Below, one piece after another: positions 55,267-64,000 of a DNA stretch of 64,000 nt. The DNA lies in contig JAJRYV010000056.1 in assembly GCA_024275575.1 (NCBI GenBank), positions 35,896-99,895 on the forward strand, written 5' to 3'. The position numbers and the translations under genes are program-made. Position 1 is the first letter of the stretch. Each line of letters starts with the position of its first letter. The notes beneath the pieces were generated by a model. That model searched no databases. It was not told the origin of the DNA and saw only the letters and a program-made list of their open reading frames with translations. The DNA comes from a bacterium. GTDB lineage: Bacteria > Zhuqueibacterota > Zhuqueibacteria > Zhuqueibacterales > Geothermadaptataceae.

Positions 55267-56412
55267 TTGAAAACAAAAATAACGGGGATTTTGGCGATTC
55301 TGCTATTCATTTTTATTGCCTGCAGCGAAGATCAAATCAGCCGGCCGGAATTGAATATCCCGGAAATCATTGATATATTGGCGCCATCGCAGATTTTTAT
55401 CGCGGAAACGACCATCCTGCAAGTTGTCATTGACGATCCTCAGGGCGCCGCTGATATTCGGTCAGTACAAATGATCCTGAATAATCCTGCCAGCAACATC
55501 AGTACCCTGGACATGCGTGATGACGGCGCTGAAGGTGACATCATCGCCGGCGACGGACAGTTTGTTATCGCTTTGACCGCCGGGCAGTGGCAGACTGCCG
55601 GCACAGCGAATTTATATATTATTGCGACCGATGCAGCGGGCCATTCGAGCGAAAGTGACACCGTCACAATAGCGGTTTTACCTGGAAGCCGCGGCTCTTC
55701 ACCGCGTATTTTACAGATTGTTTTTGCTGATTCAATTCGCATCGATTCAACATACGACGTACAACTACTTGCCACGGTTGAGGATGAAAATGGCCTGGCG
55801 ACGATCGACCGTGTCGAGGCGGCTTTTTACCGAAGCACGGCAGCGACGCCGGAGCTAAAACTGCGGCTGAACGACGATGGCCAAAGCGATGACGGCATCG
55901 CCGGCAACGGCATTTTCGGCGCTGAAATCATTTCTTCTGCAAGTGGTTTTGTGCGCGCCGCTTACCTCCTGCGGGTGATCGCCATCGACCAAAACGGCAA
56001 TCGCTCAAAAGCAGGTGTAAAAACATTTTTCACCACAAAACCAGGAGAAATCGCTCCGGAAATTCTCAGTGTGACCGCACCGGATACGATTTCACGCAGC
56101 GCCGGAGAGCCCATTGTTTTAAATGCACAAGTCATTGATCGCAATGGACTTGATGATATTCGACTCGTGATCTTCAACACCTTTAAACCCGATGGCACCC
56201 CCTCCAGCGGCAACCCGTTTTCCCTGCGCGACGACGGTGTGAAAGATGCGCTGGGGTTCGGCGATGCGACTGCCGGCGACGGCGAGTACACTGCGGTGAT
56301 CAGCATCGATGCGGCCAATGCCACCGGAAACTACCGCTTTGAATTTCAGGCTGAAGATAAAACCGGCTTGAAAAGCGAAAAAGTCAACCATATTTTAACG
56401 GTGATCGAATGA
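55267..56412 (+). CDS. Lipoprotein with three Ig-like repeats, each carrying a DDG..GD..AGDG motif
   Basis: Lipobox FIACS. Repeated motifs: MRDDGAEGDIIAGDGQF, LNDDGQSDDGIAGNGIF, LRDDGVKDALGFGDATAGDGEYT. TTG start. Confidence 0.6.
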   Translation: MKTKITGILAILLFIFIACSEDQISRPELNIPEIIDILAPSQIFIAETTILQVVIDDPQGAADIRSVQMILNNPASNISTLDMRDDGAEGDIIAGDGQFVIALTAGQWQTAGTANLYIIATDAAGHSSESDTVTIAVLPGSRGSSPRILQIVFADSIRIDSTYDVQLLATVEDENGLATIDRVEAAFYRSTAATPELKLRLNDDGQSDDGIAGNGIFGAEIISSASGFVRAAYLLRVIAIDQNGNRSKAGVKTFFTTKPGEIAPEILSVTAPDTISRSAGEPIVLNAQVIDRNGLDDIRLVIFNTFKPDGTPSSGNPFSLRDDGVKDALGFGDATAGDGEYTAVISIDAANATGNYRFEFQAEDKTGLKSEKVNHILTVIE

Positions 56413-57902
56413 AAAAAACAATTTATTTGCTACTGCTGTTTTCCATCTGCCAGGCACAGGAAAACCAGGTCGCAGCTTTGAATAAACAGGCCCACCTTTT
56501 AAATATAAACCAGCTCAAATCGAACGGTATTGCCGACGTCATTGCCGAAAATGACAGAATCTGGCTCGCCACCGGCGCCGGCTTATCGCTTTCCACCGAT
56601 GGCGGTGAAAGTTGGCAGACTTTTTCAAGAGCAGAAGGATTGGGACGCGGCGAAATTACGGCATTGGCGGTGCGCACTTTTGATTCACAAACGCTTGTTG
56701 TTGTGGCCACGGCATTTGACACCACCGTGGCAGAGGGCAACCTGCCCGTCGGCGGCGGCATCGCCTGGTCTGTGGATTTTGGTGCGACCTGGCAGCACAG
56801 CGCCCAGCCCGGATTGACGCCAATCCAAAATGTAACTTTTGATATTGCGATTCACGATGATAAGTCGGTGTGGATTACCAGCTGGGGTGGCGGCACCCGT
56901 CGGGGTACGGGTTGGGAAACAGGCGAGCCTCTGGTTTTCGAAAAAAATCCTGCTGATGAATATACCCATGACCCGCTGTGCAACCTCAACCACCGGGCGT
57001 TTTCGGCTACGAGCACCAATGGTGTTTTGTGGATCGGCACTGCCGGCGCCATCAACAAATCCCTGGATGACGGTCAATCCTGGATGAACATCACCCACCA
57101 AAATCAGGATGAACCTATTTCCGGCAATTTTGTCGTCTCCATCAGAGTGCAGAATGTCGGTGATGACGAATATATCTGGGCTGCCACCCGCCTGGTGCGT
57201 GATACGACGGAAGCATCCTGCTCCCGCCTGCTGTTTCCCGGTTCCGAGGGTCAGTTCAACGGTGTATCGGTGAGTGCCGACGGCGGATTTTCGTGGCACA
57301 CGACGCTGGCAGAAAAGAAAGTTCACAATTTTGCTTTTGACGGCGCAGTGGTTTATGCCGCAGCCGATGAAGGGCTTTTCAAATCCCTTGATTTCGGTCG
57401 CACATGGGCGGAATATCCACCGATTGTCGACAGTCAAAATGGCGGTGTCTATTTTTCGGAACGCCTGTTCTCCGTCGCTGTTTCTGCAGCGCAAACCCTG
57501 TGGGCGGGCGGGCCGGACGGCCTGGCGGTTTCTGAAAACGACGGCAATTCATGGCGCATCCTGCGTGGCAGCGTAAAAACCGGCAATACCGGCGAAACTC
57601 GAACCTATGCTTATCCCAGCCCGTTCTCCCCCAGCCGCCATAATGTGCTGGGCGGCGACGGCCATCTGCGATTTCAATACAACACACTCGGCGAGACACA
57701 GGTAACGCTGCGAATTTATGACTTTGCCATGGATTTGGTCAAAGAGGTTGTCAACGGTAAACCACGCGGGGCCGGAGATTTTTATGAAGTGTGGAACGGT
57801 TACAACGAGCACGGCGAAATTATCGCCAACGGCGTGTATTTTTACAGCCTCGTTCTCGCCGGTGATGGTGTGTACTGGGGAAAATTCATCGTTATGGATT
57901 AA
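56409..57902 (+). CDS. BNR/Asp-box beta-propeller protein with FlgD-Ig/T9SS-like C-terminal domain
   Basis: ATGA overlap with the upstream gene. Six SxDxGxxW boxes: STDGGESW, SVDFGATW, SLDDGQSW, SADGGFSW, SLDFGRTW, SENDGNSW. C-terminus: YPSPFSP...LRIYDFAMDLV...NGVYFYSL. Confidence 0.75.
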   Translation: MKKTIYLLLLFSICQAQENQVAALNKQAHLLNINQLKSNGIADVIAENDRIWLATGAGLSLSTDGGESWQTFSRAEGLGRGEITALAVRTFDSQTLVVVATAFDTTVAEGNLPVGGGIAWSVDFGATWQHSAQPGLTPIQNVTFDIAIHDDKSVWITSWGGGTRRGTGWETGEPLVFEKNPADEYTHDPLCNLNHRAFSATSTNGVLWIGTAGAINKSLDDGQSWMNITHQNQDEPISGNFVVSIRVQNVGDDEYIWAATRLVRDTTEASCSRLLFPGSEGQFNGVSVSADGGFSWHTTLAEKKVHNFAFDGAVVYAAADEGLFKSLDFGRTWAEYPPIVDSQNGGVYFSERLFSVAVSAAQTLWAGGPDGLAVSENDGNSWRILRGSVKTGNTGETRTYAYPSPFSPSRHNVLGGDGHLRFQYNTLGETQVTLRIYDFAMDLVKEVVNGKPRGAGDFYEVWNGYNEHGEIIANGVYFYSLVLAGDGVYWGKFIVMD

Positions 57903-57918
57903 AGAGGTGAAACTAAAA

Positions 57919-58905
57919 ATGATAAATTTTCAGCGATTGACAACTTTTTGTTTTATATTATCTTGCAATGCTTTGTTCTGCTCACTAAACGCCCAAGGTG
58001 GTTATGCCGGCGCATTTTTACGCATGGGAATCGCCGCACGTTCGGAAGCGATGGGGCGGGCCTATAGCGCGGTTGCGGGATCACCGGAGAGCGCTTTTTT
58101 CAACCCTGCTGCTGCGACGATGATGAAACGTCGGGGAATCGATTTATCGCTGCGTGCCCTGCCGCTTGACCGGCGTTTTGCCTACGCAGGCTTTTCAACA
58201 GCGATTAAACCGGGTGCAAAAAACAAAGCGAAATCCCGCGGCCGGGCACCTGAGGGAGGCATCGCGCTGACATGGATTCACGCTTCGACGACGAATATCG
58301 ACGGCCGTGACAGCGATGGCCGGAAATATGATTCTTTTTCAAATTATGAAAATGCTCTCAATCTTTCTTTCGCATTAAAATTCAGCGAAAAATTCTCCGT
58401 CGGTATGACCGCAAGAACAATCTGGAACAGTTTTCCCGCTCTGGGCACTGGCAAAGCCGATCTCTCCAGCCGGTCAGTCGGCATCGATATCGGCGCTCTT
58501 GCGCAACCATTGCGAAATATCTGGCTCGCAGCCGTACTGAAAAATATCAGCTCAAAATATAACTGGAACAGCGGCAAACTTTATGAACGCGGCAGCAGTA
58601 TTAAAAATGAATTCCCCAAGGTTTGGCGTCTCGGTATGGCTACACGGCAGCTTAAAAATAAACTGCTGCTCGCTGCAGATCTCGAGGGATCAAAAAAATT
58701 TAACCCGCGTATGATGATCGGCGCCGAATATGCTGTTTTGCAAAATGCGGTACTGCGCGCCGGCTTGCGCGATGGCAATGCAACATTCGGCACAGCCTAT
58801 TTTTTCACTTTTCAACGTATTGACACCGGTTTGCACTACGCTTTCGTTTCCCAACCGGATGATATTGACATCGAACACATCTTTTCGTGGAGTTTTGCAT
58901 TTTAG
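57919..58905 (+). CDS. PorV/PorQ-like outer-membrane beta-barrel protein, copy 1
   Basis: AGAGGTG RBS and a signal peptide. GGYAGAFLRMGIAARSEAMGRAYSAVAGSPESAFFNPAA is the characteristic N-terminal block. The C-terminus alternates amphipathic strands and ends in ...SWSFAF. Confidence 0.55.
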   Translation: MINFQRLTTFCFILSCNALFCSLNAQGGYAGAFLRMGIAARSEAMGRAYSAVAGSPESAFFNPAAATMMKRRGIDLSLRALPLDRRFAYAGFSTAIKPGAKNKAKSRGRAPEGGIALTWIHASTTNIDGRDSDGRKYDSFSNYENALNLSFALKFSEKFSVGMTARTIWNSFPALGTGKADLSSRSVGIDIGALAQPLRNIWLAAVLKNISSKYNWNSGKLYERGSSIKNEFPKVWRLGMATRQLKNKLLLAADLEGSKKFNPRMMIGAEYAVLQNAVLRAGLRDGNATFGTAYFFTFQRIDTGLHYAFVSQPDDIDIEHIFSWSFAF

Positions 58906-58962
58906 GAAAGTCATTAAACATTTATCCGAAAATATATTCTAATATTTAAACTTAAAGTTCTG

Positions 58963-59856
58963 ATGAAAAAACAACTCTTATTGTTAATTATTTTCCCGAC
59001 TTTGCTCTTTGCCCAGGCCGGTTCCACCGGATTGGCCTTGCTAAAAATAGGCATCGGCGGGCAGGGCGCCGCTCTCGGCGAGGCAGTCGTCGCCGGAGAA
59101 AATGGAGCGCTGGCAACATTTTGGAACCCTGCCGGATTGCGGCAGGCAAAAAATGAAATTACTTTCGGCCACTCCGAATGGCTGCAAGATGTGAGTTACG
59201 AATTTATCGCCATGAAATTCGACGCTTACAGCGCCAGTTGGGGGCTGTTGTTGCAAGTGCAAAATGTCGATAATATCATGCACCGCACCAAAGCGACACC
59301 GGAGCCGCTTGCCATTTATTCCGAGCACGAGATCGTCGCCGGTTTGAGTTATGCCCGAGCGCTGGCAACGAATATTTCCATGGGTGCAACGGTCAAATTT
59401 ATCAGCGAACGTCACTTCAGCTATACCTCCAAAGGTGCAGCGCTGGATTTGGGTTTGCATTATAAACTACCGCAATTCGCCGGCTTGCAGCTAGCAGCAT
59501 CAGTACATAACCTGGGAAAACTGAGCGAACTGCGCAGTGAATCCACCACATTGCCGGCCTTGTTTCGTACCGGCATATCCTGGACACCCACACTGAAACT
59601 GATGCAGGCGAAATACCGCCTGCTTGCAGGAATGACTAAAATTTTCGATAATGAAACCTATAGCGGTATCGGTATTGAAGCGTTGGCAAAAGAAACACTG
59701 GCCCTGCGTATCGGCTATCAGGCTGGTCGTGAGGCACAGTCCATAACGGCCGGGCTGGGCGTCAAATTAAACCGCTACCGTCTGGATTATGCCTATGTTC
59801 CATTTTCCTTCGATCTTGGCGATACACACCGACTGTCTTTTGTGTTCCTGCTGTGA
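58963..59856 (+). CDS. PorV/PorQ-like outer-membrane beta-barrel protein, copy 2
   Basis: Signal peptide. GSTGLALLKIGIGGQGAALGEAVVAGENGALATFWNPAGL, and a C-terminal ...HRLSFVFLL. Confidence 0.55.
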   Translation: MKKQLLLLIIFPTLLFAQAGSTGLALLKIGIGGQGAALGEAVVAGENGALATFWNPAGLRQAKNEITFGHSEWLQDVSYEFIAMKFDAYSASWGLLLQVQNVDNIMHRTKATPEPLAIYSEHEIVAGLSYARALATNISMGATVKFISERHFSYTSKGAALDLGLHYKLPQFAGLQLAASVHNLGKLSELRSESTTLPALFRTGISWTPTLKLMQAKYRLLAGMTKIFDNETYSGIGIEALAKETLALRIGYQAGREAQSITAGLGVKLNRYRLDYAYVPFSFDLGDTHRLSFVFLL

Positions 59857-59935
59857 ACAGTATGCCTTTATTGAATAGGAACCAGGCCGATCGAACGGTA
59901 CAGGACAGATTTACACTTAGTAATAAGGAATAAAC

Positions 59936-61525
59936 ATGCAAAAAGCAAAGCATGTCAAACCACTCATTTCAGGCATCGTTATCGGGCTGCTGATCGCTAT
60001 TTTATTGCAGCCGGTCATCGGTCTGTCGGGCGGCAATCTGCTCACCCACTTGCAGCGTTTTGCCGAGGTGATCACCGATGTTTCCGGCCTTTATGTGGAA
60101 GAAGTGGATGCGGAAAAATTGGTCAACAGCGCCATCGATGGCATGTTGAAGGAATTGGACCCGCATACGGTTTTTATCCCGAAAGAGGATTTAGCTGACG
60201 TCGTCGAACGTTTCGAGGGCCATTTTGAGGGCATCGGCATCGAATTCATCATCCAAAACAAATATCCAACCGTCGTTTCACCCATCGCCGATTCGCCGTC
60301 CGACCGTCTGGGATTGCGACCCGGTGACAAAATTGTGGAAATTGCCGGCCAATCGACTTACGATTTCACCGATGAACAGGTGATGAGCAAGCTGCGCGGG
60401 CCGCGTAATTCTGTTGTTGAAATCAAGATCGAACGGCAGGGCGAGCCCGGCCTGCTTCGTTTTTCCATTCGGCGCGACAAAATCTCAATCTACAGTATTC
60501 CTGCAGTTTTCATGCTCGACAAGGAAACCGGATATATCAAACTCAGCCGTTTTTCGCGTACGACGGACAGTGAATTTATCACTGCTTTACAGAAACTGGA
60601 AAAGTACGGGATGAAAAAGCTGATTCTCGATTTGCGCTATAACAGCGGTGGATTTTTAGACCAGGCCGTTGCTGTGGTGAGCAAATTTTTACAACCCGGA
60701 CAAAAAATCGTCTCGACAAAAGGCCGTATACCACAGGCGAATGAGAACTATTTTGCTGAAACAGATGAATACCACATGAAAGATTTGCCACTGATCATTT
60801 TAATCAATCATGGCTCGGCCAGCGCCTCGGAAATTGTCGCCGGCGCAATTCAGGATTGGGATCGGGGTCTGGTTGTCGGTGAACGAAGTTTCGGTAAAGG
60901 TTTGGTTCAGCGGCAGGTAGGGCTCAAAGACGGCGCTGCCATCCGCATTACCGTAGCGCGCTATTTTACGCCGAGCGGGCGGCTAATTCAGCGTCCATAT
61001 AAAAACGGATATGAGCAATATTATAAAGACGGGTGGAGCAATGATGACAGCACAACAGCCGACACCGCTGAAAAATATTTTACCGACGCCGGGCGTGTGG
61101 TTTACGGCGGCGGCGGCATTCGTCCGGATGTGCTTGCCAGGGCGGATACCATCACTTCCTTCTCAGCTTCATTAATTCGCAATCGCCTATTTTTTGAATT
61201 TGCCACCCAATTTGCCGGCCAACATCCTGAGCTCACAAAATCGGCGAACAAGTTTTTACAAAATTTTTCAGCCTCGGAGAATGAACTGCAGCAGTTTCGC
61301 ACCCTGATCGAAGCAAGGAAAATCGACTTCGATTTGCAAGGTTGGGCTCAGGATCGGGCATTCATCAAATTGCGCATCAAAAGCGAAATTGCACGGCATC
61401 TGTGGGACAGCGAGATGTACTATCGAGTTGAAACCAGCGGCGATAAACAATTGCAAAACGCCAACCGGCTTTTTTCCCGAATGGTCGATATATTACCCAT
61501 GTTACGACAAAATCAGAAAAATTGA
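59936..61525 (+). CDS. S41-family C-terminal processing peptidase (Ctp/Prc-like) with PDZ domain
   Basis: N-terminal TM helix. PDZ (GLRPGDKIVEIAG). LDLRYNSGG, catalytic Ser context NHGSASASEIVAGA, FGKGLVQ. Confidence 0.85.
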   Translation: MQKAKHVKPLISGIVIGLLIAILLQPVIGLSGGNLLTHLQRFAEVITDVSGLYVEEVDAEKLVNSAIDGMLKELDPHTVFIPKEDLADVVERFEGHFEGIGIEFIIQNKYPTVVSPIADSPSDRLGLRPGDKIVEIAGQSTYDFTDEQVMSKLRGPRNSVVEIKIERQGEPGLLRFSIRRDKISIYSIPAVFMLDKETGYIKLSRFSRTTDSEFITALQKLEKYGMKKLILDLRYNSGGFLDQAVAVVSKFLQPGQKIVSTKGRIPQANENYFAETDEYHMKDLPLIILINHGSASASEIVAGAIQDWDRGLVVGERSFGKGLVQRQVGLKDGAAIRITVARYFTPSGRLIQRPYKNGYEQYYKDGWSNDDSTTADTAEKYFTDAGRVVYGGGGIRPDVLARADTITSFSASLIRNRLFFEFATQFAGQHPELTKSANKFLQNFSASENELQQFRTLIEARKIDFDLQGWAQDRAFIKLRIKSEIARHLWDSEMYYRVETSGDKQLQNANRLFSRMVDILPMLRQNQKN

Positions 61526-61594
61526 AATAATAATGAAACCTGAAACCAGCCAATGTATTTACACGATGGCCGCAGCCCTTCAGGCAAAAAAGAG

Positions 61595-61623
61595 TTGACT
61601 CTTTTTGAAAATATTTCTATTAT
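61595..61623 (+). promoter_or_regulatory. Sigma-70-type promoter TTGACT-N17-TATTAT for the exbB operon
   Basis: -35 at 61595-61600 and -10 at 61618-61623 with an exact 17-nt spacer. The hexamers are identical to those at 43577-43605. A GGGAGGA RBS precedes exbB. Confidence 0.55.
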
Positions 61624-61699
61624 GAGAAATATTTTTCGTAGAAATTAATGTCTAAATTGCTGCGTTTTACTTACTAATTAATCGGGAGGATTTTTTAGA

Positions 61700-62329
61700 A
61701 TGGAAGTTAGTTTAATTCAACTCTATATCGATGGCGGCGGCTTCATGCATCCGATTCTTGCATTGCTCATCCTTGGTTTGGCTGTTAGCATTGAGCGTGT
61801 AATTACCCTGACGCGTGCTTCTGTCAACAACCAGAAATTTATTGCAAGAATCAAAGAATCTCTATCCGACGGCGGCATTGCAGCAGCGACTGAAGTGTGC
61901 TCCAATACACGCGGCCCTGTTGCTTCGATTTTTCACGCCGGCCTGCTGCGTGTGGATCGTGGCATTGAACATGTAGAGAAAGCTGTAATGAATGCCGGTT
62001 CAATTGAAATGGCTTTCCTGGAAAAAAATCTTATCTGGTTATCCACAGTAATCGCAGTTGCCCCGATGCTTGGATTTATGGGTACGGTTTGGGGAATGAT
62101 CATCGCCTTCCAGGATATCGCGGCTGCAAACGATATCAGCCCGGCTATCGTTGCCGGTGGTATTTCGACAGCGCTGCTGACCACGCTGATGGGCCTTGTC
62201 GTTGCAACCATCATTCAATTATTGCACAACTGGTTCATTTCAAGAATAGATAAACTCATCGTCGATATGGAAGAAAGCTCAACCGAACTGGTTGATACGC
62301 TCATCGAAATGCAGGCTTCTAACAAGTAA
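61700..62329 (+). CDS. exbB: MotA/TolQ/ExbB proton-channel protein
   Basis: 209 aa with three TM segments and a conserved C-terminal half: APMLGFMGTVWGMIIAF...GISTALLTTLMGLVVA. Confidence 0.85.
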   Translation: MEVSLIQLYIDGGGFMHPILALLILGLAVSIERVITLTRASVNNQKFIARIKESLSDGGIAAATEVCSNTRGPVASIFHAGLLRVDRGIEHVEKAVMNAGSIEMAFLEKNLIWLSTVIAVAPMLGFMGTVWGMIIAFQDIAAANDISPAIVAGGISTALLTTLMGLVVATIIQLLHNWFISRIDKLIVDMEESSTELVDTLIEMQASNK

Positions 62330-62344
62330 TCAGGAGCTTCGAAT

Positions 62345-62746
62345 ATGCTGGTAGATAAGAAAAAAAAGCGGGAAGCTGAAGTGCCGACCAGTTCGTTGGC
62401 CGATATTGCTTTTCTCATTCTCATCTTCTTCCTTATCTCTTCAACAATGAATGTGGACAAAGGAGTAACCCTGACCCTGCCGGGGATTGAACAGGAAAAG
62501 AAAATTAAGCAAAAAAATATTTCTAATATCCTGATCAGCGCCGAAGGAAATGTGATGTTTGATGAAGAACTCGTCGACATTCCAGTCATCAGGGAAATTG
62601 TTCGCGAAAAATTATTGGCCAATGAGAATCAGATTTTTTCGTTGAAACCTGTGGCCGAAACCGAATACGATGTTTATATTCGCGTTCTCGACCAATTAAA
62701 ACAAGGTGGAGCGAAAAAAATATCATTGGCAGAACCTGATTTTTAG
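62345..62746 (+). CDS. exbD: ExbD/TolR biopolymer transport protein, copy 1
   Basis: VPTSSLADIAFLILIFFLISS N-terminal TM helix followed by a periplasmic ExbD fold; 133 aa. Confidence 0.85.
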   Translation: MLVDKKKKREAEVPTSSLADIAFLILIFFLISSTMNVDKGVTLTLPGIEQEKKIKQKNISNILISAEGNVMFDEELVDIPVIREIVREKLLANENQIFSLKPVAETEYDVYIRVLDQLKQGGAKKISLAEPDF

Positions 62747-62762
62747 AGATAGGTAAATAACG

Positions 62763-63179
62763 ATGATGAAATTTAGTAAAAAATCAAAAGTCGATAGTGA
62801 AATACCGACATCATCACTTCCGGATATTGTATTTCTCTTGCTGATATTTTTCATGGTAACGACGGTTTTTAAAGAATTTACCGGACTACAAGTCAAGTTG
62901 CCGACAGCAAAAGAAATCACTAAACTACCCGGCAAGCGGGATGTCGCCCATATCTGGGCAGATCGCAGAGGGCTCATTTCCATCGATGATAAAATCGTCG
63001 AAGTCCCGGAGATTCAAGGTGTGATGTGGGAACTTCGGACCCGGACGATCAACCCGATACGTGTCACTTCCATGCGAATTGACCAAAAGGTGAAAATGAA
63101 AACTGTTACTGATATCCAGCAGCAATTGCGCAAAGCAGATTGCCTGGCGATCAATTATTCCGCCAAAGTCGGTTCTTAG
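62763..63179 (+). CDS. exbD: ExbD/TolR biopolymer transport protein, copy 2
   Basis: IPTSSLPDIVFLLLIFFMVTT; 138 aa; paralogous to copy 1. Confidence 0.85.
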   Translation: MMKFSKKSKVDSEIPTSSLPDIVFLLLIFFMVTTVFKEFTGLQVKLPTAKEITKLPGKRDVAHIWADRRGLISIDDKIVEVPEIQGVMWELRTRTINPIRVTSMRIDQKVKMKTVTDIQQQLRKADCLAINYSAKVGS

Positions 63180-63188
63180 GAGGGAATC

Positions 63189-63827
63189 ATGAAAAAAAGT
63201 CCCGATGCTGACCTGCGTATACGTTACAGAAAATTGATGGAATTGGGGATGATCGGCAGCTTGTCGTTTATCCTGATCAGCTTTCTGGCGTTTCGTGGCG
63301 GCGAACTCCAAAAAAGACAAGTGGATATTCCGGATCAAATGATCAAAATGGAAGAAATCCCACAAACGGAACAAGTCAAACGGCAGCCGCCACCACCACG
63401 GCCATCCGTTGCCGTTCCAACGGAAGACGAAGATGTTGATGATGATGAAACCATCGATGAAACCGATATCAATTTCGATGAGATCCCGCCACCGCCCGAA
63501 GAACCGCCTGTTGATGAAAGCGCCAATATTTTTGTGGCGTTTGATACAGCACCGGCGCCAATCGGTGGTTTTCCTGCAATTCAGAAAAAACTGAAGTATC
63601 CGGATATCGCCCGGAAAGCAGGAATTGAAGGCCGGGTGATCGTCAATGTTCTCGTCGGTACCGATGGTACGGTAAAAGATACAAGAATTCTCAAATCACT
63701 CGGTCACACTGGTTGTGATGAAGCCGCTGTCAAGGCGATCAAAGCCGTGCGCTGGACGCCGGCAAAACAACGCGACCGCGCCGTGCAGGTCTGGGTTGGT
63801 ATTCCTGTTATCTTTCGTCTGAAATAA
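63189..63827 (+). CDS. tonB: TonB-family energy transducer
   Basis: N-terminal TM helix. Pro/acidic-rich spacer (QPPPPRPSVAVPTEDEDVDDDE...PPPPEEPPVDE). C-terminal TonB domain: YPDIARKAGIEGRVIVNVLVGTDGTV...W.PA.Q. Confidence 0.85.
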   Translation: MKKSPDADLRIRYRKLMELGMIGSLSFILISFLAFRGGELQKRQVDIPDQMIKMEEIPQTEQVKRQPPPPRPSVAVPTEDEDVDDDETIDETDINFDEIPPPPEEPPVDESANIFVAFDTAPAPIGGFPAIQKKLKYPDIARKAGIEGRVIVNVLVGTDGTVKDTRILKSLGHTGCDEAAVKAIKAVRWTPAKQRDRAVQVWVGIPVIFRLK

Positions 63828-63934
63828 TTACCGGAGCGGTGAAACTTCCGACCAACAGATAAAACAGACCGGGAAAATTTAGCTTGGTATCAATAGGCTA
63901 AAGCTGGTCATCGAGAAATTCTATCGCGATAAAA

Positions 63935-63959
63935 GCGGCACAACGTGTCGCTTTTTTTT
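63935..63959 (+). terminator. Rho-independent terminator of the exbB-tonB operon
   Basis: GCGGCAC-aac-GTGTCGC (7-bp stem with one G-U pair) followed by T8. Confidence 0.6.
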
Positions 63960-64000
63960 ACGCAGGTGTTTTCTAAAAGGTAAAGCGGATGCGAACTTTA

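Noticed and set aside
56685-57494. 269-aa antisense ORF inside the BNR-propeller gene
   Set aside because: It lies entirely within, and opposite to, a gene with six clear Asp-box repeats. The sequence is Arg/Gly/Cys-rich and low in complexity, with no motif. It is a typical shadow ORF.
1-64000. Mobile elements, prophage, CRISPR arrays, toxin-antitoxin or known defence systems
   Set aside because: I saw no transposase, integrase or recombinase-like ORF, no terminal inverted repeats flanking a gene block, no regularly spaced direct repeats and no compositionally aberrant island. The window reads as core chromosome.

Overview
This is a 64-kb chromosomal window of moderate GC with strongly AT-rich intergenic spacers. 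It looks like a Gram-negative from an FCB-type or related, little-studied lineage. Two secreted proteins end in Por_Secre_tail/FlgD-Ig-like sorting domains, and there are two PorV/PorQ-like barrels, bshA and an exbB-exbD-exbD-tonB cluster. The window nonetheless carries classical TTGACT-N17-TATTAT promoters and visible Shine-Dalgarno sites. I call about 47 protein genes. By eye I found no rRNA, tRNA, CRISPR array, transposase, integrase or phage gene. The content is mostly core and anaerobic metabolism plus envelope functions. It includes a partial metZ-like gene, a secreted MEMO-family protein, a LysR regulator and aspartate kinase. An acyl-CoA carboxylase operon follows, with a STAS gene between its two subunits. 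There are two atypical-REC GGDEF-EAL proteins, an ABC exporter pair, bshA, an FG-GAP protein and a patatin-Omp85 (PlpD-like) protein. Also present are ptb-buk, HtrA, the glutamate synthase large subunit, a protein of seven tandem DUF5666-like repeats, an LEA_2 lipoprotein, DUF1028, a nucleoside phosphorylase, an enoyl-CoA hydratase, a metallophosphoesterase, a cyclophilin lipoprotein, pdxJ, asparaginase II, a HAD hydrolase, a CTD-cargo/PorV-like/S41 protease cluster and the TonB system. The stand-out is a tightly packed seven-gene minus-strand operon at 21383-33303. Its order is KorA, KorB, a 790-aa protein, RnfB-like, a 1344-aa protein, a 109-aa protein and RnfC-like. By-eye alignment suggests the two giant proteins are PFOR (pyruvate:ferredoxin oxidoreductase) homologues. 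Both have lost the ThDP (thiamine diphosphate) signature, and the 1344-aa protein has also lost the Fe-S signatures. The RnfB/RnfC pair lacks the membrane subunits RnfA/D/E/G, and ptb-buk lies immediately downstream. I propose this operon as a candidate undescribed electron-transfer assembly linked to 2-oxoacid oxidation. All calls rest on reading the translations and the DNA by eye; no searches were run.
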